Positions 7,261 through 16,625 of a stretch of DNA of 25,351 bases are shown here, piece after piece (the first letter of the stretch is position 1; each line of letters begins with the position of its first letter). Source of the stretch: Candidatus Hydrogenedentota bacterium. GTDB lineage: Bacteria > Hydrogenedentota > Hydrogenedentia > Hydrogenedentales > SLHB01. Under the pieces are notes generated by a model, which had not been told where the DNA came from, made no database searches, and saw only the letters and a list, made by a program, of their open reading frames with translations. A program made the position numbers and the translations under genes. The stretch lies in assembly GCA_029974275.1 (NCBI GenBank), contig JARKSN010000011.1:1-25351 (forward strand), read 5' to 3'.

Positions 7261-7623
7261 CTAGGCCTCGTTTCCTTCCTCGGAGCCGGCGATCCGCGGA
7301 GGCATGGGGACGGAATTGGCTGGGGGCTTGGTTTTAGGCCGGGGCGGGGGAATGGCGCCTATGGCGATAAGCGCTTCGTAGGTCTGCCGGTCCACCGCAT
7401 CGCCGCTGGTGACCAGCCGGGTGCAGCCGTTCACCGTGACGCCCAACTGGCGGATGGGCTTGCCGCGGCGCATGATGACGGCGCCTTTGAGCATCATGTC
7501 GTATTCGACAAGGAACAGATCCTCCGTTTCCTGCGCCGGATCGGAGCCGGAAGATTTGTGTTCTGAAGCGGACGGTTGGGCATGTCGTCGAAATAGCATG
7601 GGCGCGGTCTCTCTTTTCCTCAT
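7261..7623 (-). CDS. Hypothetical protein (about 120 aa)
   Basis: ORF with GAGG RBS and a globular-looking core (FLVEYDMMLKGAVIMRRG...RLVTSGDAVD). Stop is 4 nt from the GT2 start. Alternative ATG at 7599. Confidence 0.7.
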   Translation of the reverse strand: MRKRETAPMLFRRHAQPSASEHKSSGSDPAQETEDLFLVEYDMMLKGAVIMRRGKPIRQLGVTVNGCTRLVTSGDAVDRQTYEALIAIGAIPPPRPKTKPPANSVPMPPRIAGSEEGNEA

Positions 7624-7684
7624 CCGCCTCGTTCGCGCGCCGACGTCCCATGGCGAATTCGTGCGGGGTTGTCAACGTCTTCCT

Positions 7685-7705
7685 CAATCCGATTGGATTG
7701 TATCA
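7685..7705 (-). promoter_or_regulatory. Extended -10 promoter candidate with overlapping inverted repeat
   Basis: Minus strand TG-A-TACAAT (7705-7697) overlapping the inverted repeat CAATCC-GATT-GGATTG (7685-7700). Confidence 0.4.
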
Positions 7706-7925
7706 TGCCCGCCTAGGCGCCCACAACACTCCCCTCAGGGCCGTCGCATTCAAAAGCCGAGGAATGGCGCATGCGCATGGTCATCGGCGGTTTTTCCGCA
7801 GCGCCCGATCTGCATGTTGCGAACGGCTTAGGCTCCCCAAAACAGACTACAGACGCACACAAAAATCAAAAACAGCAGGGGGGCGTGGGACAGGCGAAAA
7901 ACCGGCAAGACGAAGCAAAAAAAAC

Positions 7926-8019
7926 TGGCGGAGAGGCGGGGATTTGAACCCCGGGTACGAGTTTAAGCCCGTACAACGCCTTAGCAGGGCGCCACCTTCA
8001 GCCACTCGGTCACCTCTCC
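7926..8019 (-). tRNA. tRNA-Ser (anticodon GCT), 94 nt with encoded CCA
   Basis: Acceptor stem GGAGAGG/CCTCTCC, discriminator G, CCA end; anticodon arm GCGCC-CTGCTAA-GGCGT; long variable arm GTACGGG/CTCGTAC; T arm CGGGG-TTCAAAT-CCCCG. Confidence 0.97.
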
Positions 8020-8033
8020 GCAGCGTCGTGTGA

Positions 8034-8063
8034 AGTCTAGCATGCTGCCCCATCGGGATGCAA
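8034..8063 (-). promoter_or_regulatory. sigma70-type promoter of tRNA-Ser
   Basis: Minus strand TTGCAT, 18-nt spacer, TAGACT with extended TG, 14 nt upstream of the mature tRNA 5' end. Confidence 0.55.
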
Positions 8064-8148
8064 CTGCAATTGGGCGATGAAAGGCTGCGGGCGCCTCTTT
8101 CCTGTGGGCGCAGGCCGACCCCGGGCAATCAGACGCCAGCGAAAACGG

Positions 8149-9771
8149 CTATTCTTGGCGCGGGGACCGGCGGTAGAGGTCCGCCACGTGCAGTTCCCCC
8201 CCCGGAACCCATGGCGGCGCGTGGTATAGCTGCCCCGGCACGAAATCATACTTCACCTCCCCGAGCCTGATCGTTGCTGGAGGAGGTGGAATGGCGTCGG
8301 GCTTGCTTCCATAGATGCGCATGAAGTAGTCCGGCTGAAACTTCCGAAAAACGGCGGCCTCATGGCGGCCATACACGTCCGTCATGTGGGCTTCGTGCAT
8401 TGCGACAAGCATTTTCGTGACTTCCGGCGAGACGAGCCCCGCCAAATCGATGACGCGGTTATTCGAGTAGTAGCCCAAGTAGCCTATCTCGCCTGCCGCA
8501 ATGGAATCGGTCGGCTGGGCATGGCGATTGAGCCACTCCGCGATTTGCATGTAAGGATAGGAACGGCGATCTCCCCCCTTCTCGAGCCAATGGACGGAAC
8601 GATCGCGCATGTTCTTCCAGGTTGGAGCCAGCGCCAAGGCAAAAAGCAGCGGCGCGGCGATCGCCGCCGCGATTGGGCGGCGCGACCACGCCCCAATCCT
8701 CTCGACGAAAAAGGCGGTTCCCAACGCCAACAGCGCGCACGAGAAGAACAAAACATGATACAAATACCACCAATATCCGGTGACTCCCAGGATCGTGTAT
8801 CCCAGCATTTGCCCCATGGACCAAGCGGCATATATCACGAAAGCCGGGCTCTTTCGGAAGGCGAGGAACGCACCCGCCGCCGCGAATGCCGGCACTCCGT
8901 AGGCCTGCCATGAATGACCCAAAATAATATCCCGGAACACATGAACCACCGTGGCTGTATAGGGCAAGGCCCCGGGCCACCCGATTTTGTGCTGAATCAT
9001 CTTGATTTTAAGGGTTTCGGGCAAGACGGCCCCGAAGGTGACGTAGGCGTAAACGGACCAGACGCCCAGCACAACTCCCAGTCCCGCGCTCATCGCCGCC
9101 AACTCCTTCAAGAGTGCGCGAAGTTCGGGCCCTCGGGGCATGACGCCGCTGCGAACGCTCACAAACGCCCGATACGCGAAAAGAAGCGGAAACAACAACG
9201 CTCCTTCTCCGCGAACCAGAAACAACAACGCGCAGCCTACGCCGGCAAGCGCGTAGAGGCCGCAAAAGTAAAGGCCAATGGTCAGGAGCAAGACGCATTG
9301 AAACGGCGCCATCTCGCCGCCCAGATAGGGAGCGTTCACGCACGTCATGGCAACGGCGAGGATCGCGCTATGCCACAAATCCAACCCAAAAGCCTTCCGA
9401 AACACGAAGACCGCCGCCATGCAGCCGCACCACGCCAGGCCCGACACCCAAATGGCCAGTCGGATCAGGTCGATCGAGGGAACCATGGCCTTGATGGCCG
9501 CGAACAGCAAGGCCGATAACGGGGAGGTGGTCCCGAGCGAGGCGGGCGGTTGATTGAACACGAATCCATTGCCCGCCGCCAGGTTCTTGGCGTAGGTCAA
9601 GGTAATCAGAATATCGTCGTTGACGTGCACGGGAGAACGGTAGGTTTGGAAAAGGGCCCAAAGCATGCTCGCCGCGAGCGCCCCGTAACAAATCCCCTTC
9701 AAAAGGATGCGCCGCGTCGGCGCGGCCTTTTTCATCTCCTTGACGCTGGACGACGCTCGCTCATCGGGCAT
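8149..9771 (-). CDS. Polytopic membrane GT-C-fold glycosyltransferase, AftB-like
   Basis: NDDILITLTYAKNLAAGNGFVFN..GTTSPL after TM1, LVRGEG, roughly a dozen hydrophobic segments and C-terminal GYLGYYS..RVIDLAGLVSP. ATG at 9771 has an AAGGAG RBS. Confidence 0.8.
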   Translation of the reverse strand: MPDERASSSVKEMKKAAPTRRILLKGICYGALAASMLWALFQTYRSPVHVNDDILITLTYAKNLAAGNGFVFNQPPASLGTTSPLSALLFAAIKAMVPSIDLIRLAIWVSGLAWCGCMAAVFVFRKAFGLDLWHSAILAVAMTCVNAPYLGGEMAPFQCVLLLTIGLYFCGLYALAGVGCALLFLVRGEGALLFPLLFAYRAFVSVRSGVMPRGPELRALLKELAAMSAGLGVVLGVWSVYAYVTFGAVLPETLKIKMIQHKIGWPGALPYTATVVHVFRDIILGHSWQAYGVPAFAAAGAFLAFRKSPAFVIYAAWSMGQMLGYTILGVTGYWWYLYHVLFFSCALLALGTAFFVERIGAWSRRPIAAAIAAPLLFALALAPTWKNMRDRSVHWLEKGGDRRSYPYMQIAEWLNRHAQPTDSIAAGEIGYLGYYSNNRVIDLAGLVSPEVTKMLVAMHEAHMTDVYGRHEAAVFRKFQPDYFMRIYGSKPDAIPPPPATIRLGEVKYDFVPGQLYHAPPWVPGGELHVADLYRRSPRQE

Positions 9772-9981
9772 ACAACGCTCCTTGTGCGACGAAACGCGAC
9801 GCGAAGGAAACAGGGTTTGGACGAAGCCAGCTCCTGTCATGCGGGTCCTATCGCCGTGTTTTCCTGGCCCTATGTTGATGGTTTCGCGAAAAAAATTTTC
9901 TGAGTCTGCCACAAGTCAAGAGCGCAAGACAACCGCCCGAATGCGATCCAATAGCGAGAAACCAAGAGGAGGCACCGAGGA

Positions 9982-10425
9982 TCAAGAATCCGCGCGGCGA
10001 AAAAAACGGTCGAGCCCGCACCGGTTGTCGCGCGACGCGAACCAGAGGGCAATGGCTGTGATCAGCAGGTAGTTGAGGTTTTGCGCCACCACCGCGAACT
10101 CCTGTTTCACGGCCATGCCGAACGCCAGCGAAAGAAGCAATAGGCCTGCCGCCGTCAGCGCGGACTGGGTGAACAGGCCCAACAACAACAGTGCGCCCAC
10201 GGCAACCTCCAGATAGGGCAGGGCGTAGGCATAGGGAGCCACCAGGATCCATGGCAAATACGTATCCGAGAATTGTTCGATGATCCCTTGGGAGACCGCC
10301 GCGGCCCCTTTGGGTCCCATCACCTTGTTCAAACCGGCGACGAAAAACAACATGCCTATGCTCAACCGGAGCAACGCGCCGGCGATGGCCTCGGCCGATA
10401 TGCCATGGCAGCACTTCTTGTTCAT
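9982..10425 (-). CDS. DoxX family membrane protein
   Basis: LLRLSIGMLFFVAGLNK and PYLEVAVGALLLLGLFT, four TM segments, AGGAGA RBS before ATG at 10425. Confidence 0.85.
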   Translation of the reverse strand: MNKKCCHGISAEAIAGALLRLSIGMLFFVAGLNKVMGPKGAAAVSQGIIEQFSDTYLPWILVAPYAYALPYLEVAVGALLLLGLFTQSALTAAGLLLLSLAFGMAVKQEFAVVAQNLNYLLITAIALWFASRDNRCGLDRFFRRADS

Positions 10426-10558
10426 CGCATGTCTCCTGTTTTTTTCGGCGGTTTTGGTGGGGCCGCCGTATGCTTCGTTCCCCGCTTCCAACGTAACACG
10501 CATCGGGGCGATTTTTATCCCGCGCAATCGGACAGGGGGGCGGCGGGAAACCGGCTTG

Positions 10559-13500
10559 TCATGGCGTGATGACGATAGGCGCCGGGGCGTCCGCAAACAG
10601 GCGTTTGATCGTCACGGCGCGCAGTTTCGGATCGTATAGCCAGCCGTTCGTCTGTTGCGCGAGGACGGCGCTGTCCTGCACGCGCGGTCCGGATCCGGTC
10701 ACAGCCTTGGGCTCGGCTATCGGCGCGACCAGAAGGTATCCTGCCCCCGGCGCTGACGCCTTGAGTTCCAGGTGAACGGCGCCGGCGGCATCCCGCGTCG
10801 CGCGAAGAATCGTCGCCGCCGCGTTTACGAGGATGCGGGAGCCATCGGGCGCTTCCACGCGCGCCCATGAGGGTTCCGGCGAGACGCCGTTAAGCCGCAG
10901 CCCGTTGGCAAGGATGTCCCCGGGATTGAGGTCGGCGGGATTGGGCGCGTTGCGAATCATGTCCCAGGAATCGGGAACACATCCTGTGCTGGGGCCGTCG
11001 GAATATTGCTGATGCATGGCGCTGCTTGTGATGCCTTGGGCAATGGCGCGCCAGGGAAACGAGTCGTCGAATTCGGCAAGGTCTTGCAAGGCGTATGCGT
11101 AGATCAAGCCGCTGCGTATGACGGGCAGACCGATCCAACTGCGATGAAAGAAGGTTGACCCCAGGATGCCTATGGAATTGTACAGCATTGCGGGGCGGCC
11201 TTCGGCGCTCCACGTGTAGAGGAAGGGCAGGCCGGTCCACGCCCAATACCGCGCGTGAACAAGGTGCGCGGGATCTCCCGTGAGACGATACGCCTCGCAG
11301 TAGGCGCGCACGGCTTGGGCGGACGCGATCATGTCGGGTTGACGCAACGGGCATTCCTGCGACTGTGCGCCGCGCGGCACGTCGTGCCGTTCCATCTGCC
11401 GCATGGCGTCGAGGCCTTGTCGCGCCAGTTCCGGGTCGCCCGAAAAGCGTGCGGCTCGAAGGACCAAAAACGACGCCTGTGCGGCTTGGGATAGGGTCGC
11501 GTCGCCCGACTCGCCCAGCGCCGCTGTTTCGGGGCTCTCGGGACGCCATACCCATGGGCCGTTTTCGCGTTGTGCGAGCGTGGCGCGGGCGGCGTCGCAC
11601 ATCGCGGCGATGTTTTCGGGCAGCCGCCCGAAGAGGAAAGGGGCCTCGCCAAGCAGGATGCGGGATCCGGCGCTTGTCCAAAGCCGGTCGGGGCCTTCCT
11701 TTTGGACGACATGGCCAATCGCCGCATCGATGCGCCGGGTCATTTCCATGTCCGTTTCCGCGTTCACGCCGGCGCGGCGGTCGAGCTCCAGCAATGCGGC
11801 GTAGCCCGGAAACGCGCCGGGCTTTCCGTCTTTGCACGCGGACCAGCCGGGAGGCGTTTCGTTCCATAGCGTGCGGAGATACGCTTCGCGGCACAACGCG
11901 CGCGTGTCGTTCCAGGAGCGGGGCGGTGCGGACGGTTCGGGCATGCCGAACGTCTCGAAATACTGTCGCATGGATTCCAGCAGAAGTCCGCAGGCGTGAG
12001 GAGCGGCGACGGGGTTGCCCAGATCGCCGGCGTGCCGGGCTTTGGGGTCGATCACGAGCAAACCGGCGATCTCGACATGTTCCGTGCGCTCCATGTGATG
12101 GGGGCGCACGCTTTCGATCGCGTTTTCCGGCACGTATTCGCCGCCGACCGACGGCACGAACAACGACAGGCGCGTGCAGCGCAGTCCCATGTCCGGAGCA
12201 GGGGACACAAACCGCGCGGCCGGATAGAACGTTTCATGGGCCCATGGCTGACGGATGTCCCACATCCATGCGATCAAGACATCATCGCCTTGCACCGCCA
12301 TGAGGGGCGTCGTGATTTTGTGGACCGCAGGAACGCGACGATCGTTATACGGTCGCGCCAGATCGCGTTCGGAAGAGGAACTCTCCTCCCGTTCCAGGAA
12401 CTCCAGCCCTGGAAAAAGCGCCCCGGTTTTGTTCGCGCCGAACGCGCGGTCTCCTGCAAGGATTTCGGGACCGGAGAACGCGACCAGGTCTGTGGGACGC
12501 GGCGCGCCGAAACGGCTGAGAATGCCGAATCGGCCGTTTTCCTTGTCGGGCGCGATGAGGATGCGAATCGGCCATGTCTCGCCGCCCGGCGCTTTCGCTT
12601 CGGCCCCGACGATCAGCAGGCGCCGGTCGTTTTCGTACGTGCATTCGTTGAGGCGGATGGCGAGTTCCTGCCGCGCGCCCGCCTCGTCGGATTGCGCAAT
12701 GACCGCACGCGCCAGTGGATACAGCGTTGCGGCGCGCTGCCACGTCGCGCCGTTCCAGGCTTCCGCGATGAGGTACGCGTGTTTGTCCTTGTCTGCAACC
12801 ACCATCAGTCTCGCCCACGGCGTGGCGACCATGGCCTGCGCATCGCCAAGGAGAAGATGCGTCTCCGCCTGGGAAGGCCTGTCGGAAGTGCGCGCCGGTT
12901 CGGGCGGAAAAACGTGCACGGCAAGGCGCCGGTCGTCATAGACCGGCGGAGCGCCTTCCTTCCAAACCAGCCGGGTCCTGATCGTCCGGTCTCCGGGAGA
13001 ACTGGCTTTCCGTCCGGGCCAATAGATGACGCGCCGCTCGCCCGGCTCCATGGGAGCGATTTCTTGAGACTCCTCGATCGGCTGCGTCAGAGATGCGTCC
13101 GAAGATTCCGGCGCGGCGGGGGAAGCGGCCTCCGTGTTTCCGGAGACATCGGTCAGCGCGGCAGTCGCCCCGCCAGGGTAGACGCCGCGGCCCGCATTGC
13201 GCACCGTCATCAAGACGTCGTAAGGCCTGTCCACGGTGAGGAACGGCGAGTCCAGCGCCACATCCTCGACGACGAGCTTCGCAGCGAAAGGAGCGATCGC
13301 CACCGATACCAGTCGCACATCGTTGGATGCAGGTTCCAGCGTGACCGGGGCGTTCTTTTTGAAGAAGATGGGGAGCCAGCGCTCTCCCTCGGGAAGGTCC
13401 GCTTCCTCGGTTTGATCGCCCATGCGCAGCGTCACATGAGCGGGAACGGCGCACCGCACCTGAGCCAACGCCACTCCTGTCTCCTCGCCCGTCGCGGCGC

Positions 13501-14119
13501 CGGCATTGTCGTGCGACGGCGGCAAGGAAACGAGCAGCGGATCGCCAAACACGGCCCAATCGTAGCGGCTGTCACCGTCGATGGCGTTTGTCCGGAACTC
13601 GATCCGCACGGTTTTGCCCACATACGCCTCCATGTTCACGGCGCGGCAGCGGTATGCGCTCGCCTTCAACTCCTCCTCGAAGACGGTTGCGCCCTCCACG
13701 GTGACGCGGAACCGCACGCCGTTGGGCGGGTTCTCGGCAACGCTCCACGGAACGCCCTCCCTGATTCCGATCCAAAACACCAAAAAAGAGCGTTTCTCGG
13801 GAGAAGATGGAAATATCATTACGCCGTCGTACGCGAGAACGGCGTCTTCCAACGAAGCGGTCGGGTGGAGATACACGCCGGGAAGCCGACTCGATTCGCG
13901 GCGCCCGTCCTTGATGCATCGAACCTCCCCGGCGTTCGTCGCCCTGGCCCCGTCAAAGGCATGACAAAAATCCAGGTCCACATTCGCGAAGTTTGCGCTC
14001 CCCTGCGCGGATCCGTCCGATACGTTGACATATTGAATCGTCGCAAAGGCCGGAATGGTCGCCAGAATCGTCCACACGGCCACGCTCGCCGCCATACGGA
14101 TGAAATTCGCCCGTGACAT
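10559..14119 (-). CDS. Large secreted multidomain protein (signal peptide, NPCBM/NEW2-like, CARDB/Ig-like, probable alpha/alpha toroid); putative carbohydrate-active enzyme
   Basis: 1186-aa ORF with Sec signal ending IPAFA; NGVRFRVTVEG..YVGKTVRIEF..DWAVFGDP; LMTVRNAG; helical C-terminal repeats such as RAARFSGDPELARQG and EAYRLTGDPAHLVHARYWA. Confidence 0.8.
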   Translation of the reverse strand: MSRANFIRMAASVAVWTILATIPAFATIQYVNVSDGSAQGSANFANVDLDFCHAFDGARATNAGEVRCIKDGRRESSRLPGVYLHPTASLEDAVLAYDGVMIFPSSPEKRSFLVFWIGIREGVPWSVAENPPNGVRFRVTVEGATVFEEELKASAYRCRAVNMEAYVGKTVRIEFRTNAIDGDSRYDWAVFGDPLLVSLPPSHDNAGAATGEETGVALAQVRCAVPAHVTLRMGDQTEEADLPEGERWLPIFFKKNAPVTLEPASNDVRLVSVAIAPFAAKLVVEDVALDSPFLTVDRPYDVLMTVRNAGRGVYPGGATAALTDVSGNTEAASPAAPESSDASLTQPIEESQEIAPMEPGERRVIYWPGRKASSPGDRTIRTRLVWKEGAPPVYDDRRLAVHVFPPEPARTSDRPSQAETHLLLGDAQAMVATPWARLMVVADKDKHAYLIAEAWNGATWQRAATLYPLARAVIAQSDEAGARQELAIRLNECTYENDRRLLIVGAEAKAPGGETWPIRILIAPDKENGRFGILSRFGAPRPTDLVAFSGPEILAGDRAFGANKTGALFPGLEFLEREESSSSERDLARPYNDRRVPAVHKITTPLMAVQGDDVLIAWMWDIRQPWAHETFYPAARFVSPAPDMGLRCTRLSLFVPSVGGEYVPENAIESVRPHHMERTEHVEIAGLLVIDPKARHAGDLGNPVAAPHACGLLLESMRQYFETFGMPEPSAPPRSWNDTRALCREAYLRTLWNETPPGWSACKDGKPGAFPGYAALLELDRRAGVNAETDMEMTRRIDAAIGHVVQKEGPDRLWTSAGSRILLGEAPFLFGRLPENIAAMCDAARATLAQRENGPWVWRPESPETAALGESGDATLSQAAQASFLVLRAARFSGDPELARQGLDAMRQMERHDVPRGAQSQECPLRQPDMIASAQAVRAYCEAYRLTGDPAHLVHARYWAWTGLPFLYTWSAEGRPAMLYNSIGILGSTFFHRSWIGLPVIRSGLIYAYALQDLAEFDDSFPWRAIAQGITSSAMHQQYSDGPSTGCVPDSWDMIRNAPNPADLNPGDILANGLRLNGVSPEPSWARVEAPDGSRILVNAAATILRATRDAAGAVHLELKASAPGAGYLLVAPIAEPKAVTGSGPRVQDSAVLAQQTNGWLYDPKLRAVTIKRLFADAPAPIVITP

Positions 14120-14174
14120 GGATGCCCCTTCTTATATGCCGTTCCGCGTTGTCGCGATCGATGCGCACGAAAAC

Positions 14175-14203
14175 AGTGTAGCGGGTCTTTCGCCGCGTGT
14201 CAT
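14175..14203 (-). promoter_or_regulatory. sigma70-type promoter for the 1186-aa gene
   Basis: Minus strand ATGACA, 17-nt spacer, TACACT, about 55 nt upstream of the ATG. Confidence 0.5.
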
Positions 14204-14250
14204 ATTTCCGGCGCGACCACGCTCCGTGTCGCGTTCCGAAAAGGCGGCTG

Positions 14251-15120
14251 TCACGCGCGCGGAGAGCTGTTTCTCGGGGAAGACGGAGAAAGGCGGGACA
14301 GGGCATCCTGGAGGCAATCGAACGCGTCGTCGACGGTGTCGCAAAAATGAAACAAGTTCAGATCGTCCTTGTCGATCATGCCATGCTTCACCAAACCGTC
14401 GAAATGCACAATCTCCTTCCAGTATTCGCTGCCATACAGGATCACCGGCATGGATTTGCGCGTCTTGGCGGTTTGCAGCAGCGTCAGCGTCTCGAACACC
14501 TCGTCGAGCGTGCCGAAACCTCCTGGGAAGGCCACCAATGCCTTCGCCAAGTAGACGAACCAGAACTTGCGCATGAAAAAGTAGTGAAACTCGAAGGCCA
14601 GTTCCGGCGTCTGAAAGGCATTGGGGTTCTGCTCCATAGGCAGGCTGATGTTGAGGCTGACCGACATGCCCCCGCCCAGACTCGCCCCCAGGTTGGCCGC
14701 TTCCATGATGCCGGGGCCGCCCCCTGAACAGACCAGGAAATGGCGGCCATTGCCCGGCAGCGACATCGACCAACGGGTGAGTTTTTCGGCCAACGCGGCG
14801 GCGTCCGAGTAGTAGCGCGACAGCGCCACGGAATGCCGGGCATGGGCCAAGGCCGATTTCAACGCGGCGGACTCTTCGGGATATTCGGCTTGAGATCGTT
14901 CGATGGTTTCGAGGCGCGCCGTCGCTTCGGCGGGAGAGAGAATCCGCGCAGAACCGAAAAACACAACCGTATCGCGCACGCCCAAGCGGCGGAACCGGCT
15001 CTGAGGCTCGAGGAACTCGGACAGGATGCGGACCATGCGCGCGTCCGGACTATTGAGCCAGGCATAATTCTTATAGGCCTTCTCGGGCCATTTGGGCATG
15101 TCATCGCGCTCTTGCGTCAT
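14251..15120 (-). CDS. LOG family (TIGR00730-like) nucleotide phosphoribohydrolase
   Basis: VFFGSAR, SGGGPGIMEAAN, FHYFFMRKFWF and FPGGFGTLDE. Start at 15120, or at 15099. Confidence 0.92.
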   Translation of the reverse strand: MTQERDDMPKWPEKAYKNYAWLNSPDARMVRILSEFLEPQSRFRRLGVRDTVVFFGSARILSPAEATARLETIERSQAEYPEESAALKSALAHARHSVALSRYYSDAAALAEKLTRWSMSLPGNGRHFLVCSGGGPGIMEAANLGASLGGGMSVSLNISLPMEQNPNAFQTPELAFEFHYFFMRKFWFVYLAKALVAFPGGFGTLDEVFETLTLLQTAKTRKSMPVILYGSEYWKEIVHFDGLVKHGMIDKDDLNLFHFCDTVDDAFDCLQDALSRLSPSSPRNSSPRA

Positions 15121-15151
15121 GTCGCACCGCCTTCCCGCTCCACATAGCGGT

Positions 15152-16378
15152 TCACTGCAATCGCAGGTTCCGTTGCACGCTGGCGACCGCACGTTCGATG
15201 TCCTCAACGTGGCCAAATGCGCTGAGACGGAAGAAGCCTTCGCCGGCGGGCCCAAACCCGGAACCCGGCGTGCCCACCACGTGCGCCTCGCGCAGCAGCT
15301 TGTCGAAGAAGTCCCACGAACTCAACCCGTTCGGCGTTTTCATCCAGATATACGGCGCATTCACGCCGCCGTACACCGTGATGCCGATCTGTTGCAACCC
15401 TTCGCGGACGATGCGCGCGTTGTTCATGTAATAGCGGATGACGTCCATGCACTCGCGCTGCCCCTGTTCGGAGAGCGCCGCCTCGCCGCCTTCTTGCACG
15501 ACGTTTGACGCGCCGTTGAAAAGCGTCGATTGCCGGCGCAGCCACAAACGATTAAGCTTGCCGGGCTCCGCATTCTCGCACACGCAGGCCTTCGGGATGA
15601 TGCACCAACCGAGGCGAACGCCCGTGAATCCGGCCTCTTTCGAAAAACTGTTGATCTCGATCGCGCATTCTTTCGCGCCGTCGATCTCGTAAATCGATCG
15701 CGGTAGACGGGGATCGGAAATAAACGCCGCATAGGCCGAATCGAAAATGATGATGGCCTTGTGCTCGCGTGCGTAGTCGACGAACGTCTTCAACTGCGCA
15801 TGCGTGGCCACCGCGCCCGTCGGGTTGTTCGGGCTGCAAATGTAAATAAGATCGACCTTCTGCTTCGGCGCCTCTGGGAAAAAACCGTTCTCGGGCGTGC
15901 ACGGCATGTACACAAAACCCTCGTAACGCCCATCGTTATACCCGCGACTACGCCCGCCGATGACATTACTGTCCACGTACACCGGATACGCCGGGTCTTG
16001 CACGGCCACGGTATTGTCGACGCCAAAGATGGATTGGATGTTGCCAGAATCGGACTTCGCGCCATCGCTCACAAAAAATTCATCCGCGTCCAATGAAACG
16101 CCGTATCCCTGATAGCGCTCAACGAGCACCTTGCGCAACGACAGATTTCCCTCGTAATCGCCGTACCCGGTATAGGTTTTCGCGTCGCCCAGTTTATCCG
16201 CGCCGCGATGCAGTCCCGCGACAATTGTGGGGCCTAGGGGTTCGGTCGTATCGCCGATTCCGAGCCGCATCACCGTCACACCAGGATTCTCAGCGATAAA
16301 GGTGCGCGTACGTTTGGCAATTTCGGGAAACAGATATCCCGCCTGGAGCTTGTCGTAATTCGGGTTCGTCGTGGCCAT
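15152..16378 (-). CDS. dapL: LL-diaminopimelate aminotransferase
   Basis: GYLFPEI, LGIGDTT, SDGAKSD, DPAYPVY, CSPNNPTG, DSAY, SFSKEAGFTGVRLGW (PLP Lys) and GTPGSGFG..GEGFFRLSAF. GAAGGAG RBS. Confidence 0.96.
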   Translation of the reverse strand: MATTNPNYDKLQAGYLFPEIAKRTRTFIAENPGVTVMRLGIGDTTEPLGPTIVAGLHRGADKLGDAKTYTGYGDYEGNLSLRKVLVERYQGYGVSLDADEFFVSDGAKSDSGNIQSIFGVDNTVAVQDPAYPVYVDSNVIGGRSRGYNDGRYEGFVYMPCTPENGFFPEAPKQKVDLIYICSPNNPTGAVATHAQLKTFVDYAREHKAIIIFDSAYAAFISDPRLPRSIYEIDGAKECAIEINSFSKEAGFTGVRLGWCIIPKACVCENAEPGKLNRLWLRRQSTLFNGASNVVQEGGEAALSEQGQRECMDVIRYYMNNARIVREGLQQIGITVYGGVNAPYIWMKTPNGLSSWDFFDKLLREAHVVGTPGSGFGPAGEGFFRLSAFGHVEDIERAVASVQRNLRLQ

Positions 16379-16625
16379 GGTTTCTCCTTCCGGAACGCTT
16401 TATCCCGCGTGCGCTTGTCGATGCCAAACGCCCGCACACGGGCAGGCATGATAGCGCAACCTCTGCCTCGAAGGGAAGAAAACGAATGTCTTTTGCAAAA
16501 CTTGCATTCAGCGCTCTGCTCGGGCATGTTCGCAGCGTTCCTCCGTCAACCAGACGCATGCGCGAAGGGCGCGGGACGGGGAATCGTTGGCTTGACGTTG
16601 AAGATGGAAAGGCGATCGAGACGCA

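Noticed and set aside
7700..8019. tRNA-Ser as an integration site for an island or prophage
   Set aside because: No integrase is present and I found no duplicated tRNA 3' end in the window; the site appears empty.
7926..8019. Possible tRNA-Sec or suppressor tRNA because of its length
   Set aside because: The anticodon is GCT with a normal 7-bp acceptor stem; a long variable arm is standard for tRNA-Ser.
10439..10469. Hairpin CGGCGG/CCGCCG with an adjacent T run as a terminator
   Set aside because: On the transcribed minus strand the stem is followed by As, not Us, so the polarity is wrong for an intrinsic terminator.
11996..14116. 706-aa plus-strand ORF
   Set aside because: It is antisense to the 1186-aa gene, Arg/Gly-rich and without motifs; a shadow ORF.
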